This document shows, one piece after another, positions 1 to 8,173 of a stretch of 32,000 nucleotides of DNA. Where the stretch lies: the NCBI RefSeq assembly GCF_000283555.1, contig NC_016012.1:930001-962000 (forward strand), given 5' to 3'. Source of the DNA: Candidatus Arthromitus sp. SFB-rat-Yit (GTDB taxonomy: Bacteria; Bacillota; Clostridia; Clostridiales; Clostridiaceae). Under the pieces are notes generated by a model. That model saw only the letters and a list, made by a program, of their open reading frames with translations, searched no databases and was not told the DNA's origin. Made by a program: the position numbers and the translations under genes. Position 1 is the first letter of the stretch. Each line of letters starts with the position of its first letter.

Positions 1-257
1 TTCTTTGCTTTAGATATCAACATATCACTTATCTTTTTAAATTTTAAAATTTCATCTCTTCTAACTCTATAAGTTTTTGTCCTTATACGTTTAATTATTT
101 CATTATTAGTTTTAATTTCTCTTGATATATTGTTCTGCGTACTGTATGCATCATATATATTTGGACTAATTATTGTTTTAGTAGAATGTGGATAATTTTT
201 ATTATTGCCACCGCTACGAATAATATTTTTATTTGAACTACTGAATAATGTCATCAT
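1..257 (-). CDS. fliH: FliH-like flagellar assembly protein, N-terminal part (gene runs off the left edge)
   Basis: Not in the ORF track because it is open at the window edge. Minus-strand ATGATG at 257-252 follows GAGGAGGAG and overlaps the fliG stop (238-240). My translation MMTLFSSSNKNIIRSGGNNKNYPHS...EILKFKKISDMLISKAKK stays open to base 1. The call rests mainly on its position right after fliG (fliG-fliH-fliI order in Firmicute fla operons). Confidence 0.5.
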   Translation of the reverse strand, partial: MMTLFSSSNKNIIRSGGNNKNYPHSTKTIISPNIYDAYSTQNNISREIKTNNEIIKRIRTKTYRVRRDEILKFKKISDMLISKAK

Positions 258-1251
258 CTCCTCCTCGAACAATTAATATTTCACCTTGCTCATCTAATTT
301 TCTAATCTGAGAAACAATAACTTGTTGAGCCTTCTCAACATCAGACAATTTAACAGGACCCATATATTCAATTTCTTCACGAACATTTTCTGCTGCACCT
401 TTTGATAAATTGCTAAATATAAGTTCCTTAACAGAATCACTACTACCTTTAAGTGCAAGAGCTAATTCTTTTTGATCTATACTTCTTAAAACTTTTTGTA
501 TATCTTCGGATCCCAGAGTCACAATATCCTCAAACACAAACATAGATGCTCTTAATTTTTCCGCAAGTTCTTTATCATGATTCTCAAGACCTGAAGTAAT
601 ATTTCTCTCCGTATTTCTATCAACTCTATTAAGCATATCAACAAGCGACTCAATTCCTCCGATAACTGTCGCTTCAGGCTTCACAAAATTCGATAATTTA
701 TATTCCAAAACCCTCTCAACTTCTTTAACCGCATAAGGCGAAGTGTTCCTAATCGTAGCAACCCTATACGCTACATCGTTTTGGAGATGATCAGGTAAAG
801 AGCTCAAAATTTGTGCTGCCTTCTCTGGTTGAATATAACACAAAACTAATGCAATAGTCTGTGGATGTTCATCAATTATTATATTTAATAACTGAGTTGG
901 ATCAGCTTTACGTGCAATGGTGAAAGGTCTATATATATCTGTTGCCTCTTTTATTTTATCTAAAATTTCAATAGCCTTATCTGATCCTAGTGCTTTACTT
1001 AAAATATTTTTAGCGTAATCAAATCCTCCTTCAAGCAAAAACTCTTTCGCTTTATTCATCTCTATAAATTCATGCAAAATCTCTTTTCTTTCTTCAATTG
1101 TTACCGAATTTATAGTTGCTATTTCAAAAGAAATCTTATTTATTTCATCTTCATTCAAAAACTTCATTATTTCTGAGGCTACTTCTGAACCCAAAGTTAT
1201 TAATAGTATTGCCGTTTTTTGAACTCCTGATATTTTCTTCTTCAAAAGCAT
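238..1251 (-). CDS. fliG: Flagellar motor switch protein FliG
   Basis: 337 aa. N-terminus ...GVQKTAILLITLGSEVASEIMKFL and C-terminal motif EEIEYMGPVKLSDVEKAQQVIVSQIRKLDEQGEI are typical of FliG. GGGAGGAG Shine-Dalgarno at 1253-1260. Confidence 0.93.
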   Translation of the reverse strand: MLLKKKISGVQKTAILLITLGSEVASEIMKFLNEDEINKISFEIATINSVTIEERKEILHEFIEMNKAKEFLLEGGFDYAKNILSKALGSDKAIEILDKIKEATDIYRPFTIARKADPTQLLNIIIDEHPQTIALVLCYIQPEKAAQILSSLPDHLQNDVAYRVATIRNTSPYAVKEVERVLEYKLSNFVKPEATVIGGIESLVDMLNRVDRNTERNITSGLENHDKELAEKLRASMFVFEDIVTLGSEDIQKVLRSIDQKELALALKGSSDSVKELIFSNLSKGAAENVREEIEYMGPVKLSDVEKAQQVIVSQIRKLDEQGEILIVRGGDDDIIQ

Positions 1252-1280
1252 CTCCTCCCATTGTTCTATTTTGCGTAAAA

Positions 1281-1308
1281 TTTATATTTTTAAGCATAAT
1301 TTAAACAA
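1281..1308 (-). promoter_or_regulatory. Possible sigmaA-type promoter for fliG (TTGTTT-N16-TATAAA)
   Basis: On the minus strand, -35 TTGTTT (1308-1303), a 16-nt spacer, then -10 TATAAA (1286-1281), just downstream of the flgC terminator. AT-rich background makes chance matches likely. Confidence 0.25.
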
Positions 1309-1346
1309 ATAAAAAAACTTCTATCACATTACTCGCGATAGAAGTT
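1309..1346 (-). terminator. Rho-independent terminator immediately after flgC
   Basis: 10-bp perfect stem (1316-1325 pairs with 1337-1346) with an 11-nt loop. On the minus strand it is followed by TTTTTTTATTTGTTT. It starts 7 nt after the flgC stop. Confidence 0.65.
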
Positions 1347-1352
1347 ATAAAT

Positions 1353-1775
1353 TTACTTTCCTATTTCTAATGCTTTCATAAACATTTGCTTGTTTGCATT
1401 AAAATTATCAGCATTAGATTCGTATGATCTAGTAGCTAAAATCATTTCAGCCATTTCATTCAATATATTAACATTGCTTCCTTCAACAAATCCTTCTTCA
1501 TTTGCATAAGGATGAGTTGGATCTAAAATCATTTTAGATGGAGAGTTATCCTCCATTATCTTTGAAACCTTAACTCCCTTAAATTTATTTAATCCAGACA
1601 TTGATCTATCTAAATGTTCTTGGAAAACTGCAATCTTGCGTTTATATGCATCTGTTGTATCTGTTTTAATAGAATTATAGTTTGCAATATTTGATGAAAT
1701 CAAATCCATTCTCATTCTTTCGGCAGCAAGTCCACTTGCACTAATTCTCATTGACCTAAAAGCATTATTAAGCAT
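1353..1775 (-). CDS. flgC: Flagellar basal-body rod protein FlgC
   Basis: 140 aa. MLNNAFRSMRISASGLAAERMRMDLISSNIANYNS... and the C-terminal ILATRSYESNADNFNANKQMF are rod-protein signatures. Confidence 0.92.
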   Translation of the reverse strand: MLNNAFRSMRISASGLAAERMRMDLISSNIANYNSIKTDTTDAYKRKIAVFQEHLDRSMSGLNKFKGVKVSKIMEDNSPSKMILDPTHPYANEEGFVEGSNVNILNEMAEMILATRSYESNADNFNANKQMFMKALEIGK

Positions 1776-1800
1776 ACATCATTCACCTTCCATTTATGTT

Positions 1801-2163
1801 CTATCTTCCACTTATAATTGTTGAAATATTTTGATACCTACCATTTATAGCAGAAATCAAAGTATTATACATAAGTGTATTTGCAGCTTGATTTGCTTTT
1901 TCTATATCCAAATCAACGTTGTTACCATCACTTCTCATAACTGTTGAATTATCTTGTATAATGCTATAATGTTCATTATCAATTTTTATATGTTTATCAT
2001 TGCTTGTCTTAAATTCAACCCTCGGTATTCCAAAATTCAAATACTTCTCAAACACAACATCAGAACGTTTAAAATCTTTAGTATTAACATTAACCAAATT
2101 ATTGGATATAACATCCCTTCTAACAGAAGAAACATCTAAGGCAGTTCTTAATAATTGATACAT
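1801..2163 (-). CDS. flgB: Flagellar basal-body rod protein FlgB
   Basis: 120 aa. LDVSSVRRDVISNNLVNVNTKDFKRSDVVF matches the FlgB N-terminal rod motif. It sits directly upstream of flgC. Confidence 0.88.
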   Translation of the reverse strand: MYQLLRTALDVSSVRRDVISNNLVNVNTKDFKRSDVVFEKYLNFGIPRVEFKTSNDKHIKIDNEHYSIIQDNSTVMRSDGNNVDLDIEKANQAANTLMYNTLISAINGRYQNISTIISGR

Positions 2164-2179
2164 ATCAACTTCTCCTAAA

Positions 2180-3019
2180 CTATTTATATAATTTCCCTAA
2201 AACTCCTATCAGATCATTAGGCAAATAAATTGTTTTACTCATATTTTTAATATTAGCTTCAGTTAATAGTAACGTTCTAGAAAATTCAATCATCTCCAAA
2301 GCAACATCAGCATCTTCTATCTTACTCTTAGCACCTGTAACAACTTCCTGTATTGATTCCGATTGGTCAATTTTACCCTCAAAAGTCGTACTTATAGCTC
2401 CAAGCTTTGTCCTCGCATTAATAACCTGTGATGCTGCATTATCTAATTTTTCCAAATTAACCCCAATATCATCTCGAATATCCATCCCCTCAATACCTAA
2501 ATTTTTAATAGACAAATTAAATGATGGTATTTCAGCAAACTCTCCAGAGTTACCTGTTGTTAGCACACTCATCAACTTTGGATTAATATTATCAGTGACA
2601 TCTTCATTTCCCAAAATATTTACTTCATTAAATGAAAAATGTTCAATATCATAGTTCATGCTTTCAAGAATACTATTAACCTCATTTTGAATAACATCTT
2701 TTTCCTCCCCTTGAATACTTCCATTTCCCAAACTGATAGTTATTTCTCTGAGTCTCGTTATTCTATCATTAAGCGATCCCATAACATTATCTGCAGATTG
2801 AATCATGCTTACAGTATCTTGTATATTTTTTCTAGAACTTTGATATCCCCTAATCTCCTTTTCAAAGTTTGCAAGCTTAGAAATTCTACTAGGATTATCT
2901 TTTGCAGAATTAATTTGTTTACCTGTTGATATATTATTTATACTTTTCGAATGATTCGAAATATTTTTTTTATAATTCATAAGCGTTTTTGTAGCATTAG
3001 AATTAAAAGTTAATTTCAT
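2180..3019 (-). CDS. Flagellin-superfamily protein, most like hook-filament junction protein FlgL
   Basis: The N-terminal region ISTGKQINSAKDNPSRISKL...IQDTVSMIQSADNVMGSLNDRITRLREI and the C-terminal region ARTKLGAISTTFEGKI...IEDADVALEMIEFSR match the conserved flagellin/FlgL D0-D1 helices. STGKxIN...DNP resembles FlgL more than FliC. I prefer the ATG at 3019 (GAGAGG 7 nt upstream) over the track start at 3034. Confidence 0.7.
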   Translation of the reverse strand: MKLTFNSNATKTLMNYKKNISNHSKSINNISTGKQINSAKDNPSRISKLANFEKEIRGYQSSRKNIQDTVSMIQSADNVMGSLNDRITRLREITISLGNGSIQGEEKDVIQNEVNSILESMNYDIEHFSFNEVNILGNEDVTDNINPKLMSVLTTGNSGEFAEIPSFNLSIKNLGIEGMDIRDDIGVNLEKLDNAASQVINARTKLGAISTTFEGKIDQSESIQEVVTGAKSKIEDADVALEMIEFSRTLLLTEANIKNMSKTIYLPNDLIGVLGKLYK

Positions 3020-3044
3020 ACTAAAACCTCTCATTTAACAAAGA

Positions 3045-3392
3045 TTAAATATTTTTCAATTTCGATTGCCATTTAAATAAAATATATTTCAACTCATACT
3101 TAAGTATTTGACTACAAAGCTCATAATCATTATTACAAAAAGCATCTCCAAAACTCTCAAGTGCAAATTTCAAATCAGTTTCTTTTGAAAATATTACCAA
3201 ATTCAATTGCTCATTTTCTTTTATAAACTTTACTAATAATTCTAATTGTCCTCCAAATTCGGCAACATAAGTTTTAAGAAGTTCAATATTATTTTTTTTA
3301 ATAATTACATCACAAACCTTATCTAAAAAATAAGACAATTGAACTAAATAATGATTACATTCATCAATAATATCATTATCTAAATTTATCAT
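3045..3392 (-). CDS. Hypothetical 115-aa protein, apparently first gene of the FlgL-like/flgBC unit
   Basis: Intact ORF whose stop lies 25 nt before the preferred FlgL-like start (3019; 10 nt before the track start at 3034). The sequence looks all-helical. No family recognised; FliS, FlgN and FliT are not supported by any motif I can see. Confidence 0.5.
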   Translation of the reverse strand: MINLDNDIIDECNHYLVQLSYFLDKVCDVIIKKNNIELLKTYVAEFGGQLELLVKFIKENEQLNLVIFSKETDLKFALESFGDAFCNNDYELCSQILKYELKYILFKWQSKLKNI

Positions 3393-3574
3393 AATAATTG
3401 TTCTCCCATTAATAATATGTTCATTTTTTTCTTAATTATTTCGTATTATTCTGAAAAATTTAATATTAGGATTTAAATAATTCAATAATAAATATTTGTC
3501 ATTTATTATACCAATTTTCACAAAATTATATTAAAATAGTAATTATTGATTAATTTTAATAAGGAGTTTTTAAA

Positions 3575-4975
3575 ATGGAAAATAGTTTTTTAAAAGAGTT
3601 TCTTATGATATCTTCTTTTAATACACTAGTATGTTTAGTAGTATTAGTATTACTTTTTGCACTTATGTTTTTTTTCAAGAAAAAACATATAAACTTCTCA
3701 AATAGAATGTTTATAGGTACAGGTCTTGGAATAATTTTGGGACTTGCAATTCAATTCATATCTAAATTCCCTAAAAATCCACTTGAAATAACTTGGATAA
3801 ATGAATCTACAAAATGGTTTTCTTTATTTGGAAATGGTTTTATAGATTTAATTAGAATGATTGTTGTGCCCCTTATTATAATTTCAATCATTCATATAAT
3901 AATCAACATGAAAAAAGAGGCAAAAATAAAGCAACTTACAATCTATACTTTAATAACATTGCTCTCAACTGTAATTATATCTGCAATAATAGGATTAATA
4001 GTTTCCTCTGTATTTAAAATAGGATTAAACTCAACTATAACTTCTGGATCATCTAACATAAAAGAAGTACAATCTTTAGTTGACATATTCAGGAATTTAA
4101 TACCAAAAAATCCGATAGAGGCAATGGCTAATTCAAATGTTATAGCTGTTGTTATATTTTCTATTTTTATTGGTACAGCCGCAAAAAAAATGGGAAAAAT
4201 ATATCTAAAAACAATGGAAACATTCAATAAACTAATAGATGCTCTTCACAAAATAATAGTTAGTGTAACAATGACTATAATAAACTTAATGCCTTACGCT
4301 GTAATTCCACTATTAGCTAATACAATTGCCCAACGTGGTATTAAGTCAATTTTAGACGTTATACTGTTCATAATCGCTCTATATATAGCAGTAATTCTAA
4401 TGTTTATAGTTCATATGATTTTATTATCTTTATTTGGTTTCAATCCTATTACTTATATTAAAAAAGCTATTCCTGTACTTGTACTAGCATTTACATCTAG
4501 ATCAAGTCTTGGGTGTTTACCTGTAACTATTGAAACACTTGATTCTATGGGATGTAATTCATCGACCTCAACTTTTGTTTCTAGTTTAGGATCAACTACA
4601 GGAATGAATGGATGTGCTGGTATCTTCCCTGCAATGCTCATTATAATGATATCAAATATTACAGGGTATCCAATTAATTTGAATTTTATAATAATGACAT
4701 TACTTGTAGTGACTATTAGTTCTATTGGGATAGCCGGTGTTCCTGGAACGGCAACAACAAGTGCATCAATAAATCTTTCTGCTGTTGGATTAGGTCAATA
4801 TTTTGACTTAACAAGCCCAATACTTGCTGTTGATCCAATCTTAGATATGGCTAGAACCATGTTAAATATAAATGCTGTTTTAACAACTTCCTTAATTGTA
4901 GATAAAAAATTAAAACAAGTAGATATGAATAAATTCGATGACATGAATTCCAAAATAGATGGTTCATTTATGTAA
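3575..4975 (+). CDS. Dicarboxylate/amino acid:cation symporter (DAACS) family transporter, TcyP (L-cystine)-like
   Basis: 466 aa and polytopic. It carries DAACS motifs (SRSSLGCLPVT, GIAGVPGTATT...ILAVDPILDMARTMLNI). The N-terminal KKKHINFSNRMFIGTGLGIILG resembles my recollection of B. subtilis TcyP/YhcL. AAGGAG Shine-Dalgarno before the ATG. Confidence 0.8.
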   Translation: MENSFLKEFLMISSFNTLVCLVVLVLLFALMFFFKKKHINFSNRMFIGTGLGIILGLAIQFISKFPKNPLEITWINESTKWFSLFGNGFIDLIRMIVVPLIIISIIHIIINMKKEAKIKQLTIYTLITLLSTVIISAIIGLIVSSVFKIGLNSTITSGSSNIKEVQSLVDIFRNLIPKNPIEAMANSNVIAVVIFSIFIGTAAKKMGKIYLKTMETFNKLIDALHKIIVSVTMTIINLMPYAVIPLLANTIAQRGIKSILDVILFIIALYIAVILMFIVHMILLSLFGFNPITYIKKAIPVLVLAFTSRSSLGCLPVTIETLDSMGCNSSTSTFVSSLGSTTGMNGCAGIFPAMLIIMISNITGYPINLNFIIMTLLVVTISSIGIAGVPGTATTSASINLSAVGLGQYFDLTSPILAVDPILDMARTMLNINAVLTTSLIVDKKLKQVDMNKFDDMNSKIDGSFM

Positions 4976-4978
4976 AAT

Positions 4979-5012
4979 AATAAAGACAGGAACATGTTCC
5001 TGTCTTTATTTG
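4979..5012. terminator. Bidirectional terminator hairpin between convergent genes
   Basis: Perfect palindrome AAAGACAGGAACATGTTCCTGTCTTT centred at 4994/4995, with A-rich sequence on the left and T-rich on the right. The acetyltransferase stop (5006-5008) lies in the right arm. Confidence 0.7.
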
Positions 5013-5570
5013 TCTATGTATTTGATAACCCTTGCTGGTACTCCCGCAACTACAGAGTTACTTGGTACATCCTCGTTAACAATAGATCCATCTGCTACGA
5101 CAGCTCCGTCATTAATTTTAACACCAGACAAAATTGTCGCTCTAGAACCAATCCAAACATTTTTACCTATCTCAATTGAATTAGTATGAAGTATATCCCT
5201 TTTATTTGGATTTAGGTCATGATTTAATGTAGCCAAAATTACATTGTGTCCAATCAAAGCACCATCTCCTATATATATTCCACCTTGATCCTGAAAACAA
5301 CAACATGAATTTATAAAAACATTTTTACCTACACTTATATTTTTCAAAATCAGTATAAAAAGGTGGAAATAACATAAAAGTTTCATCAACTTCTTTACCA
5401 ATTAATTCTGAAAACAATTTAACAATTTCTTCTTTAGTATGATAAGTATAGTTAAGATCATTCATTATCTTTCTAGAATTCTCATTTACCTCCATCATAA
5501 GATCATACATTTCTGATCCATATATATCATTACCGCCTTCAATTCTCTTAATAAAATCATTTAATTCCAT
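5006..5570 (-). pseudogene. maa: Maltose/galactoside O-acetyltransferase (hexapeptide-repeat, Maa/LacA family), frameshifted
   Basis: ORF 5325-5570 encodes the Mac N-terminal domain and ends ...PPFYTDFEKYKCR*. ORF 5006-5401 encodes the left-handed beta-helix part from ...KNISVGKNVFINSCCCFQDQGGIYIGDGALIGHNV to ...VAGVPARVIKYI in another frame. The frames join around the A5 run (minus strand) at 5340-5344. Confidence 0.8.
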
Positions 5571-5584
5571 TTAGTAAATCAACT

Positions 5585-5908
5585 TTACTTTAAATCGTTT
5601 TCTTTAAATTTTTTATAAACATCAATGAATTCTCTAGCAATTATTTTAAATCCTTCAGCACTCATCAATTGATCTTCAGCATGCATCAAAATCAAACTAA
5701 ATGGTAATTTTTCATTATTAGCTTCCATTTGTATTAAGTCAGCATGTGCAGCATGACCAGATTTAAATGCATCAATTCCATCTTTCATTAATTTTTCAGC
5801 CATCTCAAAATCAAATTTCTTAGCATAAGAAATAGCCTCGATATAAAACGATCTAGCACTTCCAACATTAGATATTATTTCAAAACTTTTCAACTCTAAA
5901 TCATTCAT
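5585..5908 (-). CDS. PTS lactose/cellobiose-family EIIA component
   Basis: 107 aa. SNVGSARSFYIEAI...GHAAHADLIQMEA...LILMHAEDQLMSAE is the typical three-helix EIIA(Lac/Cel) pattern with the active-site His region. Confidence 0.88.
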   Translation of the reverse strand: MNDLELKSFEIISNVGSARSFYIEAISYAKKFDFEMAEKLMKDGIDAFKSGHAAHADLIQMEANNEKLPFSLILMHAEDQLMSAEGFKIIAREFIDVYKKFKENDLK

Positions 5909-5960
5909 TTGTAACTACCCTCCTCATCACGTACAAAACTTATCATAAACTTTAAATTTT

Positions 5961-6299
5961 TTATTCAGATTTACTTATAACTTTCTGAACAAATACATTT
6001 ATCTCCTGCATTTTAACACCTGTAAACATTTCCACCTGAGTTTTAACGTTTTCTTGAAGTTCTCTAATAACACTTGGAATCTTAATTCCATATTCAACAG
6101 CAACACTTATATCTATACTTGTTTTATTATCACTTAAATTAACCTTAATTCCTTTAGCAATATTTTTCTTATTAAAAGAATCGATCCCACTGTTACTATT
6201 AAATAAAGGATATACTCCCTTTACTTCACTTGCAGCTATACCTGCTATGACAGTTATAACATCATCAGATATTTTAACAATTCCAATACTATTATTCAC
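5961..6299 (-). CDS. Asp23/Gls24-family (alkaline shock) protein
   Basis: 112 aa. VKISDDVITVIAGIAASEVKGV... and IDISVAVEYGIKIPSVIRELQENVKTQVE are typical of Asp23. Its position after spoIIIAH matches yqhY in Bacillus. Confidence 0.85.
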   Translation of the reverse strand: MNNSIGIVKISDDVITVIAGIAASEVKGVYPLFNSNSGIDSFNKKNIAKGIKVNLSDNKTSIDISVAVEYGIKIPSVIRELQENVKTQVEMFTGVKMQEINVFVQKVISKSE

Positions 6300-6370
6300 T
6301 TACTCAACCCCTCTGCTTAATTACAATTTAATTATATCAAATGATAATTTTAAATACCATATTGTAAAAT

Positions 6371-6404
6371 AAAAAACTACTGATATCATAATCAGTAGTT
6401 TTTT
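6371..6404 (-). terminator. Rho-independent terminator after spoIIIAH
   Basis: Stem ACTACTGAT (6376-6384) pairs with ATCAGTAGT (6391-6399) across a 6-nt loop. A-run and T-run flank it on both sides, so it could act in either direction. Confidence 0.7.
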
Positions 6405-6409
6405 AAGTT

Positions 6410-6919
6410 TTATTTCTTTAACTCAATTTCTACATTTTTAATTTTAGCTACACTCATAACCACTTCTTGAATTTGCTTTCTTTGACTATCTGTAAGCTCA
6501 GAATTTTTAACAAATATTCTAGCCTTATCATTCTCAATTAAACATAAAATTTCTTCAAATCCTTTACCCTTAAGAGCAAGTTCAATTTTAGTTTCATTTT
6601 CTTGGTCCATAACTAGAGCAATTTTTTGCTTAGCTGCTGTATCTCTATCCATTTGTGATACTTTTTCACTATCTATTATTTCTGCTAAATACTCAAGAGT
6701 TTCAGATGATTTCTTATCTCTAACAGATTTTGCTTCATAAAAGAAGTCATACCCAACTTCATCTTGTTTAGAATTATTTATATTTATAACCTCATCAGTA
6801 TCAGTTATAGAAACTGTTCCTAAATCTTGCATCGAACTATTAACCTTTGCAGCTAATACTCCCGCACATACAATTAATGCAAGTAATGCAAGTATAACTC
6901 CAGCTTGTTTTTTATTCAT
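6410..6919 (-). CDS. spoIIIAH: Stage III sporulation protein AH
   Basis: 169 aa with an N-terminal TM helix, FFYEAKSVRDKK..., and C-terminal LKGKGFEEILCLIENDKARIFV. It is the last gene of the spoIIIA operon. Confidence 0.85.
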   Translation of the reverse strand: MNKKQAGVILALLALIVCAGVLAAKVNSSMQDLGTVSITDTDEVININNSKQDEVGYDFFYEAKSVRDKKSSETLEYLAEIIDSEKVSQMDRDTAAKQKIALVMDQENETKIELALKGKGFEEILCLIENDKARIFVKNSELTDSQRKQIQEVVMSVAKIKNVEIELKK

Positions 6920-6976
6920 AATTAAATCCCCCTAAATTTTTCAAATTAGTTTTCCATTTTTTCAAAATAATAATTG

Positions 6977-7558
6977 CTATTTCATGGGTATGATATTAAC
7001 TTTACTTTCACTTATATCATAAAGAGAAGACACCATTTTAGTTAATTCATATGAAAGTTTATTATCTTCTGCCCCTTCAGCAACTATAAGTATCCCAACT
7101 ATTTTAGGATTATACGTTTTTAAAATTAATGGTTGTGTACTATTACCTTGATTTGACATTACAACTTTATTACCATCCCTATTGTTATTATTAACTCTAT
7201 TTCCTCCATTACTATCGCGTTCTTCTGTTACTGTATTTGATTTTTCACTATCAAGTGCTGGAATTTTTTCCTCTCCACCTTCAAAATGTATAACAACATC
7301 AACTTCTCCTACTCCCCTTACTTTAGATAAAATATTTTTTAATTCTAATTTAACTTTATCTTCATAAGAAATTTGACTATAATCAATTGTATTTTTATTT
7401 TGTTGTGATACATCATTTTTTGAAACATCTAAAAATGTTGGAGTTGAGCTATTAAAATAACTAACTGCAAAAATCATAATTCCAGCTATAATAATTAATA
7501 TAATCATATAAGTAAATTTATTACTTTTTTTTATAATTTTTTGTTTTATCTTTTCCAT
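6977..7558 (-). CDS. spoIIIAG: Stage III sporulation protein AG
   Basis: 193 aa with an N-terminal TM helix and a C-terminal ring-building-motif-like region (VGEVDVVIHFEGG...PKIVGILIVAEGAED). Operon position fits. Confidence 0.85.
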   Translation of the reverse strand: MEKIKQKIIKKSNKFTYMIILIIIAGIMIFAVSYFNSSTPTFLDVSKNDVSQQNKNTIDYSQISYEDKVKLELKNILSKVRGVGEVDVVIHFEGGEEKIPALDSEKSNTVTEERDSNGGNRVNNNNRDGNKVVMSNQGNSTQPLILKTYNPKIVGILIVAEGAEDNKLSYELTKMVSSLYDISESKVNIIPMK

Positions 7559-7573
7559 TTATTGTAATGCTCC

Positions 7574-8161
7574 TCAATTTAAATATACCTTTATAATATT
7601 TTCTGAAATATTTAACTCACTAGATAAAAATATTTTTATTTCTTTAGCTTTTGATCCTTCTTTAGTTGTAACCTTATTAATTTGTTTGTTATCTATAATC
7701 ACATCTTCAATTATTTCTACTTTCTTAATACCTGACTCTTGTGCTCTTACAATAATTTCTTGTATCTTAAAATCTCCAGCCTCATAAATACCTGATGTTT
7801 CAACATCAAATTTATTATTTTTAAATTTATTTTCAAGTAATATCTTGCAATTATTAGAAAGATTTAGCTCAAAACTTTCTATAGTTGTTTTCCTTGCTCT
7901 CTCACTATATTCTTCAAAATTATTGTTAAGGTAATCATCAAATTTATCTATATAATTTTCATTTACGGATATATCCTTATACAAATTATTATCCTGACTA
8001 ACAAAATTAATAATTGGATTTATCACAACAACTATAAAAATAAGACCTAATACAAATTTTGCATACCTTTTAATGCTATTCTCAGGTAAAATAAGTTCTA
8101 TTGCTGTCATAAACAAAATAGTTACACAAATATCACTTACCCAATCTTTTAAAATATCCAT
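7574..8161 (-). CDS. spoIIIAF: Stage III sporulation protein AF
   Basis: 195 aa. ILFMTAIELILPENSIKRYAKFVLGLIFIVVVINPI matches the SpoIIIAF N-terminal membrane region. Operon position fits. Confidence 0.85.
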   Translation of the reverse strand: MDILKDWVSDICVTILFMTAIELILPENSIKRYAKFVLGLIFIVVVINPIINFVSQDNNLYKDISVNENYIDKFDDYLNNNFEEYSERARKTTIESFELNLSNNCKILLENKFKNNKFDVETSGIYEAGDFKIQEIIVRAQESGIKKVEIIEDVIIDNKQINKVTTKEGSKAKEIKIFLSSELNISENIIKVYLN

Positions 8162-8173
8162 CTATAATAACTC

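Noticed and set aside
3437-3462. SigmaD (FliA)-like promoter TAAA-N13-15-(TA)CGAAATA upstream of the 115-aa / FlgL-like / flgBC unit
   Set aside because: Only a partial match to GCCGATAA at -10, and the spacing is ambiguous. Too weak in AT-rich sequence to report as a feature, but worth testing if TSS data exist.
4959-5189. Two plus-strand ORFs (76 and 61 aa) after the symporter gene
   Set aside because: They run through the terminator palindrome and antisense to the acetyltransferase beta-helix domain. The apparent repetitiveness reflects the hexapeptide repeats on the opposite strand.
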